Under the pieces are notes generated by a model. It was not told the DNA's origin. It saw nothing but the letters and a program-made list of their open reading frames with translations, and did no database searches. Shown piece after piece: positions 18,242 through 27,146 of a stretch of DNA of 41,254 nt (positions are counted from its first letter, which is position 1; each line of letters opens with the position of its first letter). Origin of the DNA: Candidatus Eiseniibacteriota bacterium. GTDB lineage: Bacteria; ARS69. The stretch lies in contig JBQTGV010000213.1 in assembly GCA_052390515.1 (NCBI GenBank), positions 1 through 41,254 on the forward strand, written 5' to 3'. A program made the position numbers and the translations under genes.

Positions 18242-19356
18242 AGCACCCGGCGGCGGCGGAGCGGGTTCGCGAGCTGGTCCGCAAGGAGTTCCTGCAGCTC
18301 AAGCGGGACCACCGGCTCCGCGTCATGATCATCGTGGCGCCGGTCATCCAGCTCCTCGTCTTCGGGTACGCGGTGTCCACGGACGTGCGCAACACCGCGC
18401 TCTTCGTCGTGGATCATGACGGGACGAGAACCTCGCGCGAGCTGGTGGAGTCGTTCACGGCGGCTGGCTACTTCCGGCTGGTCGGAAGATCGGAGCGCTC
18501 CGGGGATCTCGTCCGGGCGCTGAACGGCGGGCGCGCGGTGGTCGGCCTGGAGATCCCCGCGGGATTCGCGCGGGACCTGCGCGGCGGAGGCGGCGCCAAA
18601 GTGCAGCTCCTGGTGGACGGCACGAACTCCAACGTTGCCACGGTGGCGAAGGGGTACGGCGAGCGGATCGTGCAGGCCTTCGCCGTGCGGTCGGCCGGCG
18701 GGAACGTGCCGGCGGTCGTCGATCTCCGGGACCGCGCCTGGTACAACCCGGCGCTGGAGAGCCGCAACTACAACGTGCCCGCGGTGGTGGGCGCGCTCGT
18801 CCTGCTGGTCTGCCTGCTGCTGACCTCCCTCGCCGTGGTCCGCGAGCGCGAGATCGGCACGCTGGAGCAGCTCATGGTGAGCCCGGTGCGCCCGGCGGAG
18901 CTGATCGCCGGAAAGGCCATTCCATTCGCCATCATCGGCCTGATCGACCTGGTGCTGGTGACCACGGTGGCGATTCTGTGGTTCGACATCCCCTTCCGCG
19001 GGAACTTCGCCGTGCTTCTGCTGGCCAGCGTGCTGTACCTCATGTCCGCGCTGGGCGTCGGGTTGCTCGTCTCCACCGTGTCGGCCACGCAGCAGGAGGC
19101 GTTCATGTCGAGCTTCCTGGTGTTCATGCCGACGATCCTGCTCTCCGGCTTCATGTTCCCGGTGACCAGCATGCCGCCCGCGTTCCAGGCAGTCACGCTG
19201 ATCAACCCGATGCGGCACTACCTGGAGATCGTGCGCGCCGTGTTCATGAAGGGCGTGGGGCTGGAGGTGCTGTGGCCGCAGTTCGCGACGCTGACCGTCA
19301 TCGGCGGGACAATCCTGACGCTGGCAGCCGGGCGCTTTCGCAAGCGGGTGAGCTAG
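18238..19356 (+). CDS. ABC-2 type permease (YbhR-like)
   Basis: RKEFLQLKRD, VDGTNSN, WYNPALES, VVREREIGTLEQLMVSP, LLSGFMFP; ATGA overlap. Confidence 0.93.
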   Translation: MKHPAAAERVRELVRKEFLQLKRDHRLRVMIIVAPVIQLLVFGYAVSTDVRNTALFVVDHDGTRTSRELVESFTAAGYFRLVGRSERSGDLVRALNGGRAVVGLEIPAGFARDLRGGGGAKVQLLVDGTNSNVATVAKGYGERIVQAFAVRSAGGNVPAVVDLRDRAWYNPALESRNYNVPAVVGALVLLVCLLLTSLAVVREREIGTLEQLMVSPVRPAELIAGKAIPFAIIGLIDLVLVTTVAILWFDIPFRGNFAVLLLASVLYLMSALGVGLLVSTVSATQQEAFMSSFLVFMPTILLSGFMFPVTSMPPAFQAVTLINPMRHYLEIVRAVFMKGVGLEVLWPQFATLTVIGGTILTLAAGRFRKRVS

Positions 19357-19511
19357 TGTTCCGTCTCGAAAGAAATGATCAGATGGCCGAGCGTCGTAGC
19401 CGCCGTGTCCGGAGCCACGGAGGGCGGAGGCCGGCGGCCACGAAGCGAGCGAGGCACGGATGCCGAGCGAGCGTAAGCCATCTGATCATTTCTTTCGAGA
19501 CGGAACACTAG
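19353..19511. mobile_element. MITE-like element with perfect 35-bp terminal inverted repeats bounded by CTAG
   Basis: 19353-19387 (CTAGTGTTCCGTCTCGAAAGAAATGATCAGATGGC) is the exact reverse complement of 19477-19511; 89-bp non-coding core; lies between convergent genes. Confidence 0.75.
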
Positions 19512-19518
19512 TGGAACA

Positions 19519-19884
19519 CTATCCGCGAAGCACCCGGCAGAGGTACAGGTCGTTGCCGTCCGGGTCGCCGAAGAAGGCGAGCTCCACGGCGCCGCCGTCG
19601 TTGACCACCGGACCGCGGAACCGGACTCCCCTGGCGGACAGCTGCTTCACGACGGCATGGATGTCCGTGGCGACTTCGAGACCGATGGAGATCGCGCCGC
19701 TCGTGCCGGGGGCCGGCGCGCCGTCCGACTTGGGATGCAGCCCGATGAGCAACCCGCCGGCCTGGACCTCCGCCCAGTGATCGCCGAAGCGCTGCCGGAG
19801 CTCGAGGCCGAGGGTGTCGGTGTAGAACGCCACCGCGCGGTTCATGTCCGAGACGAACACGGTGGCGTTGCCGCCGATGATCAT
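19519..19884 (-). CDS. VOC (glyoxalase/bleomycin-resistance) family protein
   Basis: VFVSDMNRAVAFYTDTLGL, HWAEV, LSARGVRF, FFGDPDGNDLYL. Confidence 0.92.
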   Translation of the reverse strand: MIIGGNATVFVSDMNRAVAFYTDTLGLELRQRFGDHWAEVQAGGLLIGLHPKSDGAPAPGTSGAISIGLEVATDIHAVVKQLSARGVRFRGPVVNDGGAVELAFFGDPDGNDLYLCRVLRG

Positions 19885-20001
19885 GGAGCGCCCTCCGAGC
19901 CCGCATCATAGCGCGGCGGCGGGGGATCCGCTAGCCTTCCGCGAATCTCCGGCAGTGGATCGATGTCGCCCGCTGCCGAATCTCCGACCCGGAGGTGAGT
20001 C

Positions 20002-20412
20002 GTGCTGCAAGCGGAAGTGAGCTGGATCGCCGTGCTCGTGGCCGGCCTCGCGGCCGTCGTCATCGGGTGGCTGTGGTACGCGCCGTTCCTCTTCGGCAAT
20101 CTGTGGATGAGGCTCCTCGGCAAGACGAAAGAACACGTGGAAAGGGACTTCCATCCCATGAAGATCGTCGGAGCGTTCCTCCTGTCCTGCGCGGCCGCCT
20201 CCTTCCTGGCCACCTTCATGAGCTGGCTCACCACCGGCGGCGCGGTGCGTGGCGCCTACCTCGGCTTCTACGCCGGGCTCGGCTTCACTGCGACGACCTT
20301 CGCCGTCAACGACATCTTCGAGGGCCGCCCCCTCACCCTCTGGCTCGTCAACGCCTGCTACCACGTCGTGGTGCTCGTCGTGATGGGAGCCATCGTCGGA
20401 GCGATGCGATGA
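20002..20412 (+). CDS. DUF1761-family membrane protein
   Basis: SWIAVLVAGLAAVVIGWLWYAPFLFGNLWM...FEGRPLTLWLVNACY; GGAGG RBS. Confidence 0.88.
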   Translation: MLQAEVSWIAVLVAGLAAVVIGWLWYAPFLFGNLWMRLLGKTKEHVERDFHPMKIVGAFLLSCAAASFLATFMSWLTTGGAVRGAYLGFYAGLGFTATTFAVNDIFEGRPLTLWLVNACYHVVVLVVMGAIVGAMR

Positions 20413-20735
20413 ACGATACCTTCGTGAACGTCGACGACCTACCCGAGAAGGAGCCGGCGCCGGGATTCCGCGGGCGCTTCGTCCATTCCGCGCAGATGAC
20501 CGTCGCGCACTGGCGGGCGACGAAGGGCGCGCGCATCCCGCCACACCGGCACGCGCACGAGATGATCGTCAACGTGCTCGACGGCCGGCTCGAGCTCACC
20601 GTCGGCGGCGAGATCAAGACGATGGGTCCGGGCGACATCGCCGTCATCCCCTCGCAGGTGTCTCACGAGGCGCGCGCGCTCACCGACTGCTGGATCCTGG
20701 ATGCGTTCCACCCCGTTCGAGAGGACTACCGGTAG
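20409..20735 (+). CDS. Cupin domain protein (Cupin_2)
   Basis: PPHRHAHEMIVNVLDG, GDIAVIPSQVSH, DAFHPVREDY; ATGA overlap. Confidence 0.9.
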   Translation: MNDTFVNVDDLPEKEPAPGFRGRFVHSAQMTVAHWRATKGARIPPHRHAHEMIVNVLDGRLELTVGGEIKTMGPGDIAVIPSQVSHEARALTDCWILDAFHPVREDYR

Positions 20736-20762
20736 CGGGCGGCGGGCCGGTAGAATGAGTGC

Positions 20763-20963
20763 ATGGATCGGGTGATACGGATCGATCCCGAGCTGCTGAA
20801 CTGGTCCCTGAGCCTGACGCCGGAGCAACGCCTCCGTCAGGCGAACGCCGCATTCCGCCTGTACCACGAGCTGCATCGCCCGTTCGCGCGGCCCTTCCAC
20901 CGCGGGTTCGACACGGTCGAGGAGTTCTTCCGCTTCCAGAAGGAGAGCGACCTTCCCCGCTGA
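20763..20963 (+). CDS. Small hypothetical protein (66 aa) partnered with the downstream nucleotidyltransferase
   Basis: IDPELLNWSLSLTPEQRLRQ motif, typical of small ORFs upstream of such NTases; TAGAAT 6 nt before the ATG (leaderless-type). Confidence 0.7.
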   Translation: MDRVIRIDPELLNWSLSLTPEQRLRQANAAFRLYHELHRPFARPFHRGFDTVEEFFRFQKESDLPR

Positions 20964-20964
20964 C

Positions 20965-21426
20965 CTCGCCCATCCGGACTTCGCGACGCTCTGCGCTCAC
21001 CTCAACGAGTCGGGCGTCGACTATCTCGTCATCGGCGGCTGGGCGGCGATCGCTCACGGGCTGCCACGAACGACGCTCGACGTCGACCTGTTCGTGAGGC
21101 CGGAACGGGCGAACATCGCGAAGCTCGTCGCGGCCTTGTCCCGGATAGGCTTCGGCGCGAAGGAGCTGGACGCCGACGAGATCCTTCGGAGGCACGTGTA
21201 CCTCTTCGCCTATCAGATCCGCATCGACGTGTTCACCAGGCCATGGGGGCTGGAGGACTTCGACGCGTGCTGGCGGAGGCGGCGGGACACCGCGTTCCAG
21301 ACGACACGAATCCCCGTGCTGGGAATCGAGGATCTCATCAAGAGCAAGAGTACGGACCGAGAGCAGGACAAGGCCGACGTCGCCGCCCTCCGCGGGATTG
21401 CCGGGAGGGAGGGAACGAACCCCTGA
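20965..21426 (+). CDS. Pol-beta-superfamily nucleotidyltransferase (DUF6036-like); 5' end has no in-frame canonical start
   Basis: The frame of ORF 21094..21426 extends upstream as HPDFATLCAHLNESGVDYLVIGGWAAIAHGLPRTTLDVDLFV (GG...DxD catalytic motif) and ends LIKSKSTDREQDKADV. Start coordinate is approximate. Confidence 0.8.
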   Translation, partial: LAHPDFATLCAHLNESGVDYLVIGGWAAIAHGLPRTTLDVDLFVRPERANIAKLVAALSRIGFGAKELDADEILRRHVYLFAYQIRIDVFTRPWGLEDFDACWRRRRDTAFQTTRIPVLGIEDLIKSKSTDREQDKADVAALRGIAGREGTNP

Positions 21427-21567
21427 AGTCCAGGTAGTGGGGCAGACCCAAAACCGAATCGGTAGGGGCTCCGCCGGAACGAGCGCGAAGCCCCCACTCA
21501 TCTTACCGCTACAGTTCCTGGCGCCTCCTGCCGCTCTCTTGGCCGAAGCCAAACCGGGAGCGGAATC

Positions 21568-22692
21568 ATGCAGAAAGAGCAACTCGACACGCTGCTCGCC
21601 CACGGGGTCCAGCACGGAGCGTCGGACATCCACTTCAAGGTGGGCGATCGCCCTGCGTACCGCATCGACGGGAAGCTGCGGCCGGTGAAGTGCGACCGGC
21701 TCATGCCCGCCGACACGGAGGAGATCTGCGCGACGCTCCTCGCCCGCGACGTGGCGCGCGAAGGGCTCGTGCTCATCCAGGAGCACGACACGTCGTACTC
21801 GGTGGACGGAGTGGCGCGGTTCCGCGTGAACGTCTACCGCCAGCGCGGCAGCCTGTGCTGCATCCTCCGCGTGATTCCCGGCAGCGTTCCGACGATCGAC
21901 GCGATGAACCTCCCCGAGACGGTCCGCAAGCTCGCCGAGGAGGAGCGCGGCCTCGTGCTCGTGACCGGCGCGACCGGTTCCGGGAAGTCCACGACGCTCG
22001 CCGCGATGGTCGACCACATCAACAAGACGCGCCCCGTGCACATCCTCACCATCGAGGATCCCATCGAGTACCTGCACAAGAACCAGATGGCCTCGGTGAG
22101 CCAGCGCGAGGTCGGCCCGGACACCTACGACTTCAAGACGGCGCTGCGTGCCGCGCTTCGCCAGGACCCGGACGTGATCCTCGTGGGCGAGATGCGCGAC
22201 ACGGAGACGATCGACATCGCGCTGAAGGCGGCGGAGACCGGCCACATGGTCTTCTCCACGGTGCACACCACGGACGCGGCGAAGACGGTGAACCGGCTCA
22301 TCGGCGTGTTCCCGGCGGAGGAGCAGAACCGGGCGAGGATCCGGCTGGCCGACGCGCTGCGCGGCATCATCAGCCAGCGGCTCGTGGGCCGCGCCGACGG
22401 GAAGGGCCGCGTGGCGGTGTGCGAGGTGCTCGTGGGCACGTCCACCGCGCGGGACCACATCCGCGAGAGCCGGGATGGAGCGCTCATCGAGCTGATGACC
22501 AAGGGCGGCAGCCAGTACGGCATGCAGACCTTCGATCAGCACCTGATCCGCCTGTACCGTGACGGCGTGATCACGCTGGACGCGGCGAAGTCGGCGGCCA
22601 CGAGCCCCGGCGACCTCATGCAGGAGCTCTCCTTCGGCGCCAGCGCGGCCGAGTTCCAGCCGTCCGGCGAGGAGCAGCTGCAGCTGGAGTGA
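21568..22692 (+). CDS. pilT: Type IV pilus retraction ATPase PilT/PilU
   Basis: GASDIH, RFRVNVYRQRG, Walker A GATGSGKST, TIEDPIEY, LRQDPDVILVGEMRD, AAETGHMVFSTVHT, GMQTFDQ. Confidence 0.93.
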   Translation: MQKEQLDTLLAHGVQHGASDIHFKVGDRPAYRIDGKLRPVKCDRLMPADTEEICATLLARDVAREGLVLIQEHDTSYSVDGVARFRVNVYRQRGSLCCILRVIPGSVPTIDAMNLPETVRKLAEEERGLVLVTGATGSGKSTTLAAMVDHINKTRPVHILTIEDPIEYLHKNQMASVSQREVGPDTYDFKTALRAALRQDPDVILVGEMRDTETIDIALKAAETGHMVFSTVHTTDAAKTVNRLIGVFPAEEQNRARIRLADALRGIISQRLVGRADGKGRVAVCEVLVGTSTARDHIRESRDGALIELMTKGGSQYGMQTFDQHLIRLYRDGVITLDAAKSAATSPGDLMQELSFGASAAEFQPSGEEQLQLE

Positions 22693-22732
22693 GGCGGCGG
22701 GGAACGCCCCGGACCCCTGTCGGGCGATGTGC

Positions 22733-22761
22733 TTGACAGCTTACCTATCGATCGGTAGGCT
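22733..22761 (+). promoter_or_regulatory. sigma70 promoter TTGACA-N17-TAGGCT with a palindromic TetR operator (TACC-T-ATCGAT-C-GGTA, 22742-22757) over the spacer and -10
   Basis: Consensus -35, 17-bp spacer, -10 ending 7 nt before the tetR ATG; near-perfect 16-bp dyad. Confidence 0.75.
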
Positions 22762-22768
22762 GCCGCCC

Positions 22769-23362
22769 ATGCTCGAATCCGCGACGAAGACCGCGCTGCT
22801 CGACCTCGCCCAGGAGTTGGCCCAGACGCGCGGCCTCAACGCGTTCAGCTTCCAGGACCTCGCGCGGGGCGTGGGCATCCGCACGGCGAGCGTGCATCAC
22901 CACTTCGCCACCAAGGGCGACCTCGGTCGCGAGATGATGACCCGCTACCGCGACCGCTTCCGCTCGGAGCTCGACCTGATCGACGCCGGGGCGCGCTCGC
23001 CGCGGCGCAAGCTCGAGCTCTTCGCGGACCTGTTCCGCCGCACTCTTCGCCAGGGCAACCGCCTGTGCCTCTGCGGCATGCTGGCGACCGAGTACGCCAC
23101 GCTCCCTCCCGCGGTGCAGCGCGAGGTGAAGGCCTTCTACGATGAGACGGAGGCCTGGCTCACCGACGTTCTGGAGCGGGGGCGTGACGACGGCATCTTC
23201 GCCTTCCACGGTTCCCCCGCGCCGGTCGCGAAGACCTTCTTCGCGACGCTCGAGGGGGCCATGATCGCGGCCCGGACCTTCGAGGACGAGAGCCGACTCG
23301 CGCGCGCGGCGCGGTGGCTCCTCGCCTCGCTGGACGGACCCAGCTCCCCCAGGAGGAAATAG
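22769..23362 (+). CDS. TetR/AcrR-family transcriptional regulator
   Basis: HTH GLNAFSFQDLARGVGIRTASVHHHFATKGDL; LCLCGML; LEGAMIAAR. The ATG at 22769 fits the promoter. Confidence 0.93.
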   Translation: MLESATKTALLDLAQELAQTRGLNAFSFQDLARGVGIRTASVHHHFATKGDLGREMMTRYRDRFRSELDLIDAGARSPRRKLELFADLFRRTLRQGNRLCLCGMLATEYATLPPAVQREVKAFYDETEAWLTDVLERGRDDGIFAFHGSPAPVAKTFFATLEGAMIAARTFEDESRLARAARWLLASLDGPSSPRRK

Positions 23363-23364
23363 CC

Positions 23365-24180
23365 ATGGTCGTTCTCTCACGCCTGCTCCTCGCTCTCTTC
23401 GTCGCCGTCGCGTTCGCCGGGTCAGCCTCCGCGGCGGAGCCGGCGGCCACGCCGGCGCCGGCACTCGACGTCTCCAACTTCGAGCTGGTCGGCTCCCGCA
23501 TCATCGGGTGCTGCTGTGCCCATCCGTGTCCCTGCCGGCTGAACATGAAGCCGATGAACGCCCACGGCTGCGACCACACCGACGCCGTGCACATCGACAA
23601 GGGACACATCGGCGGCGTGGACATGAGCGGGGTGAGCTACGTGGTGGCCGGCCGGGGCTTCGGCTCGGACGCCGCCGGGAACTGGGCCTACGTGTACGTG
23701 GACGATGACGCGACCGACGCGCAATACGCGGCCCTCGGCGCCATGATGACCGCCACCGTGGAGGGTTGGGGCCTCAAGGCGGCGCATCTCGCCGGCACGT
23801 TCGTCGGCATGCGCGAAGTGCCCATGTCGTACGACGTGTCCGCGGACAAGATGGCCTACGGCTGCACCATTCCGGACGTCCTGGAGTTCCGCACCCGGGC
23901 GCACGTCAACCCGGGGCGCACCGAGCCGGTGAGGAGCACCGGGATCATGGACTCGTTCGGCGACAAGTTCGTGCACGCGGACTGCCTGGCGCACAAGTAC
24001 AACGATGCGACGATCAACTACTCGTGGGATCTCACCGGACGCCAGTCCAACTTCACCGAGTTCGTCCTGACCGATGAAAGCGCGGCCCAGGGCGGCGGCT
24101 GGGGCTGCTGGACGGCGCACTCCGACTTCGACGACAAGAGCAAGTACCAGGAAGACTGGATCAAGGAGGACCACAAGTAG
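23365..24180 (+). CDS. Secreted DUF1326-family Cys-rich protein
   Basis: AGGAGG RBS; signal peptide; GCCCAHPCPC...GC...HIDKGHIGGVDMSG...GNW...YVDDDATDAQYAAL, typical of DUF1326. Confidence 0.75.
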   Translation: MVVLSRLLLALFVAVAFAGSASAAEPAATPAPALDVSNFELVGSRIIGCCCAHPCPCRLNMKPMNAHGCDHTDAVHIDKGHIGGVDMSGVSYVVAGRGFGSDAAGNWAYVYVDDDATDAQYAALGAMMTATVEGWGLKAAHLAGTFVGMREVPMSYDVSADKMAYGCTIPDVLEFRTRAHVNPGRTEPVRSTGIMDSFGDKFVHADCLAHKYNDATINYSWDLTGRQSNFTEFVLTDESAAQGGGWGCWTAHSDFDDKSKYQEDWIKEDHK

Positions 24181-24222
24181 TCCTGCTTGACACACACGCG
24201 GCGCGGGGGCTGACTGGCGGGC

Positions 24223-24993
24223 ATGCGAGCCCGCCACCTGCCCCTCGTCGCACTCTTGCTGGCGGCGCCGGCCGAGTTCACGCCGGGGCGTGAGGACACG
24301 ACGGCGTCGGTGGGACTCACCCCCCAGCGCACGGACACGACCACCGTGCGGCTGCACGCCGGCGGGGGCAGCTTCGCCCTCATCGCACGCAGTTGCAGCG
24401 GCGAGCCTCCGGACATCACGGAAGCGGACTACGGCGAGGTCGCCGGCGAGGTACGCCACCAGCGCGGCCGGTGGGTGGTGGGCCTCCGCGCCGGTGTCGT
24501 CGGCCACGACTACGCCGCCGGCAGGGTGCCCATCGGCGGGTTGGATCCCTACGTCGGCGCGGAGGAGTCCACCAGCTGGATCAACCCCTACGTCGGCGCG
24601 GAGTGGGATTGGCTCGGCCTATCCGCCGGCTGGTTCGGGAACGAGGGCGACTTCCCCATCGGCGACGGCTTCTTCGACGACATCCCGATGAGCGCACACG
24701 TTCGACTCGGCGCCAGGAGGCACCCGCACGCCACGTTCGACTTCGCCTCGGCCGACCCGCTGTACTCCTCGGGCGGTGTGCTGGCGGTCGGCGGCGGAAA
24801 GGAGACCCGCGCCGGGCATTACTTCTGGGCCGGGTTGGCCGCGGAGCCGTTCGATGAAGGAGGCCTTGCCTTGCGCGCCGACATCCGCGCGAAGGAACGG
24901 CTGGACGTCCTGCTCCGAATGCGCGCCGGCGAGTCCGAGGGTATCGACGAGTTCGGCTTCTCGGCGGGGCTCGGCTGGCGGGTGTCGCCCTGA
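24223..24993 (+). CDS. Putative outer-membrane/secreted beta-rich hypothetical protein
   Basis: Signal-like N-terminus, amphipathic strands, C-terminal FSAGLGWRVSP. Confidence 0.65.
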   Translation: MRARHLPLVALLLAAPAEFTPGREDTTASVGLTPQRTDTTTVRLHAGGGSFALIARSCSGEPPDITEADYGEVAGEVRHQRGRWVVGLRAGVVGHDYAAGRVPIGGLDPYVGAEESTSWINPYVGAEWDWLGLSAGWFGNEGDFPIGDGFFDDIPMSAHVRLGARRHPHATFDFASADPLYSSGGVLAVGGGKETRAGHYFWAGLAAEPFDEGGLALRADIRAKERLDVLLRMRAGESEGIDEFGFSAGLGWRVSP

Positions 24994-25042
24994 GCGGCGG
25001 TCACGGAGCCGTTCCTCGAGAGCGCGGAGCCCGTCTCACCCG

Positions 25043-25906
25043 TCACTGCTTCAGGTGGTACTCCAGGAAGGGACGCACGACGCGCCAGGCCGCCTCCGCC
25101 GCCTCCGCGTCGTAGCGCGCACCCGAAGGATTGGCGAATCCGTGCTCGGCGTCGAACCGGTGGATCTGATAGTCGACCTTCGCCGCCTGCAAGCCCTGCT
25201 CGAACAACGTCACGGTTTCCGCGGGGATGCTCTGGTCCCGCGTCCCGAACACGGCGCACAACGGCGCCTTCATGCGCGCCAGCTCTTCCGGCTGATCCAC
25301 CACGCGCCCGTAGTACATCACGCAGGCGTCGAGCTCCGGCACGGCCAGGGCCAGCATCAGTGACCAAGCGCCGCCGAAGCACCAACCCAGCGACCCGACC
25401 TTCGGCGCCTTGACCCGCTCGTCGCCGGCCAGGAGGGCGCAGGCCGCGCGTAGGATCTGCAGCGCGCGGGCGTCCTCCACGGCGGTCATGTACGCCATTG
25501 CGTCGTCGCTGTTCTTCGCGACCTTCCCTTCGTAGAGATCCACGGCGAGCGCCGCGTACCCCTCGGCGGCCAGCCGGTCGGCCCACAGCTTGATGTGATC
25601 GTTGAGCCCCCACCACTCTTGGATCACGACGACGCCGGGGAATGGCGGCTCTCCCGCGGGCAGCGTGAGGTACGCCTGCCCGCCGGCCAGGTCCACCATG
25701 GTCCCCTTCAAGTCGGCGACGACACCCTCCTTCAGATCGTGCATCGCCTTGAACTGCTCCTCGGAGACCGCGCCCGTCCACGAGATCTCGCGGCCGGCGG
25801 CGGGTGGGGTGGACGCCGCCGGCGTCTCCTCGCCGGAGGTCATACCGACGGCGGCGATCCCGAACCCGAGAATCGAGAGCCAGGCCCCCCACAACGGCCC
25901 CCTCAT
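25043..25906 (-). CDS. Dienelactone hydrolase family protein
   Basis: VVVIQEWWGLNDHI, LAAEGYAALAVDLY, nucleophile motif GWCFGG, EHGFANPSG; ATGA overlap with the pntA stop. Confidence 0.93.
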   Translation of the reverse strand: MRGPLWGAWLSILGFGIAAVGMTSGEETPAASTPPAAGREISWTGAVSEEQFKAMHDLKEGVVADLKGTMVDLAGGQAYLTLPAGEPPFPGVVVIQEWWGLNDHIKLWADRLAAEGYAALAVDLYEGKVAKNSDDAMAYMTAVEDARALQILRAACALLAGDERVKAPKVGSLGWCFGGAWSLMLALAVPELDACVMYYGRVVDQPEELARMKAPLCAVFGTRDQSIPAETVTLFEQGLQAAKVDYQIHRFDAEHGFANPSGARYDAEAAEAAWRVVRPFLEYHLKQ

Positions 25907-27069
25907 GCCCGCGCTCCGGCCAGGCCCAGCGCCTCGCGGACGCGCTCCTGCACGACGTCGCCGCCCTGGGTGACCAGCGTGTCGCGGGTGATCTCGTCTT
26001 TCGTGTCGACGACGAGCTCGCCCTTCGGCAGGAGATGCTGCAGGAACGTGGTCACGTTGTTGGAGTACATCTGGCTCGCGTGGTTCGGGATGGACGCCGA
26101 CGCATTGTCCGGGCCGAGGATCGTCACGCCGTGGTGCACGATTTCCTCCCCGGCGCGCGTCAGCTCGCAGTTGCCGCCGCGCTCGGCGGCGAGGTCGACG
26201 ATGATGGACCCGGGCCTCATGGCCTCGACCATCTCGCGGGTGATCAGCACCGGGGCCTTCTTTCCGGGAACCGCGGCGGTGGTGATGACCACGTCGCTGC
26301 GGGACACGACCTTGGTCATGAGCTCCCGCTGCTTGCGGTAGAACTCCTCGCCGAGCTGCTTCGCGTAGCCGCCCTTGTCCTCGGCGGCCCCGGTCTCGAG
26401 CTCCATCTCCACGAACTTCGCCCCGAGGCTTTGCACCTGTTCCTTGACCGCCGGGCGAACGTCGTACGCCTCCACCACGGCACCGAGCTTGCGCGCGCTG
26501 CCGATGGCCTGCAGACCGGCGACGCCGGCTCCCACGACGAACACGTTGGAGGCGCGCAGGGTGCCCGCCGCGGTCATCATCAGCGGGAACATCTTGGGCA
26601 GCCGGTCCGCGGCCATGATGACCGCCTTGTATCCGGCGATGGTGGCCATGGAGGAGAGCACGTCCATGCTTTGCGCGCGGGTGATGCGCGGGAGCAGCTC
26701 CAGGGCGAAGAGCGAGACGCCGCGCTCGGCCACGCGCCGGGATGCGTCGGGGGAGGACAGCGGGTCGGCCATCCCCACCACGACCTGGCCGCTGCGCATT
26801 CGCGCGAGGTCGCCCTGTCCGGCCTGGGAGTTGGCGCCGAACGTGCGGACCTGGACGATGATCTGCGCGCTGCGCCACACCTCGTCGGCCGAGCCGGCGA
26901 TCTTCGCGCCCTTGTCACGGTACTCCGCGTCGGAGAAGCCGGCGGAGGCACCCGCACCGGGCTCCACGACCACCTCGTGTCCAGCCTTGGCGAGGACCCC
27001 GGCCGACGCGGGGACGAGAGCGACGCGCCGCTCTCCGGGATACGTTTCCTTCAGGACTCCGAGGATCAT
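25903..27069 (-). CDS. pntA: NAD(P) transhydrogenase subunit alpha part 1 (soluble dI, PntAA)
   Basis: MILGVLKETYPGERRVALVP, PRITRAQSMDVLSSMATIAGYKAV, GAGVAGLQAI, DVVITTAAVPG, IVDLAAERGGNCELT; no transmembrane tail. Confidence 0.93.
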   Translation of the reverse strand: MILGVLKETYPGERRVALVPASAGVLAKAGHEVVVEPGAGASAGFSDAEYRDKGAKIAGSADEVWRSAQIIVQVRTFGANSQAGQGDLARMRSGQVVVGMADPLSSPDASRRVAERGVSLFALELLPRITRAQSMDVLSSMATIAGYKAVIMAADRLPKMFPLMMTAAGTLRASNVFVVGAGVAGLQAIGSARKLGAVVEAYDVRPAVKEQVQSLGAKFVEMELETGAAEDKGGYAKQLGEEFYRKQRELMTKVVSRSDVVITTAAVPGKKAPVLITREMVEAMRPGSIIVDLAAERGGNCELTRAGEEIVHHGVTILGPDNASASIPNHASQMYSNNVTTFLQHLLPKGELVVDTKDEITRDTLVTQGGDVVQERVREALGLAGARA

Positions 27070-27146
27070 GGTGACGCTCCTGGCGAAAGTCGACGGCCTC
27101 TGGCGCCTGAGCTGGGCGAATCTCGAGGGTGTCGAGCCGAACCAGT

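Noticed and set aside
21510-21550. sigma28-like motif upstream of pilT (TACAG-N15-GCCGCTCT)
   Set aside because: Too many mismatches to distinguish from chance in GC-rich DNA.
20680-22542. 620-aa minus ORF and similar long antisense ORFs (8084..9808, 12684..14549, 17806..19218, 36280..37539, 38071..39438, 39596..41227)
   Set aside because: Mirror frames of well-supported genes on the other strand.
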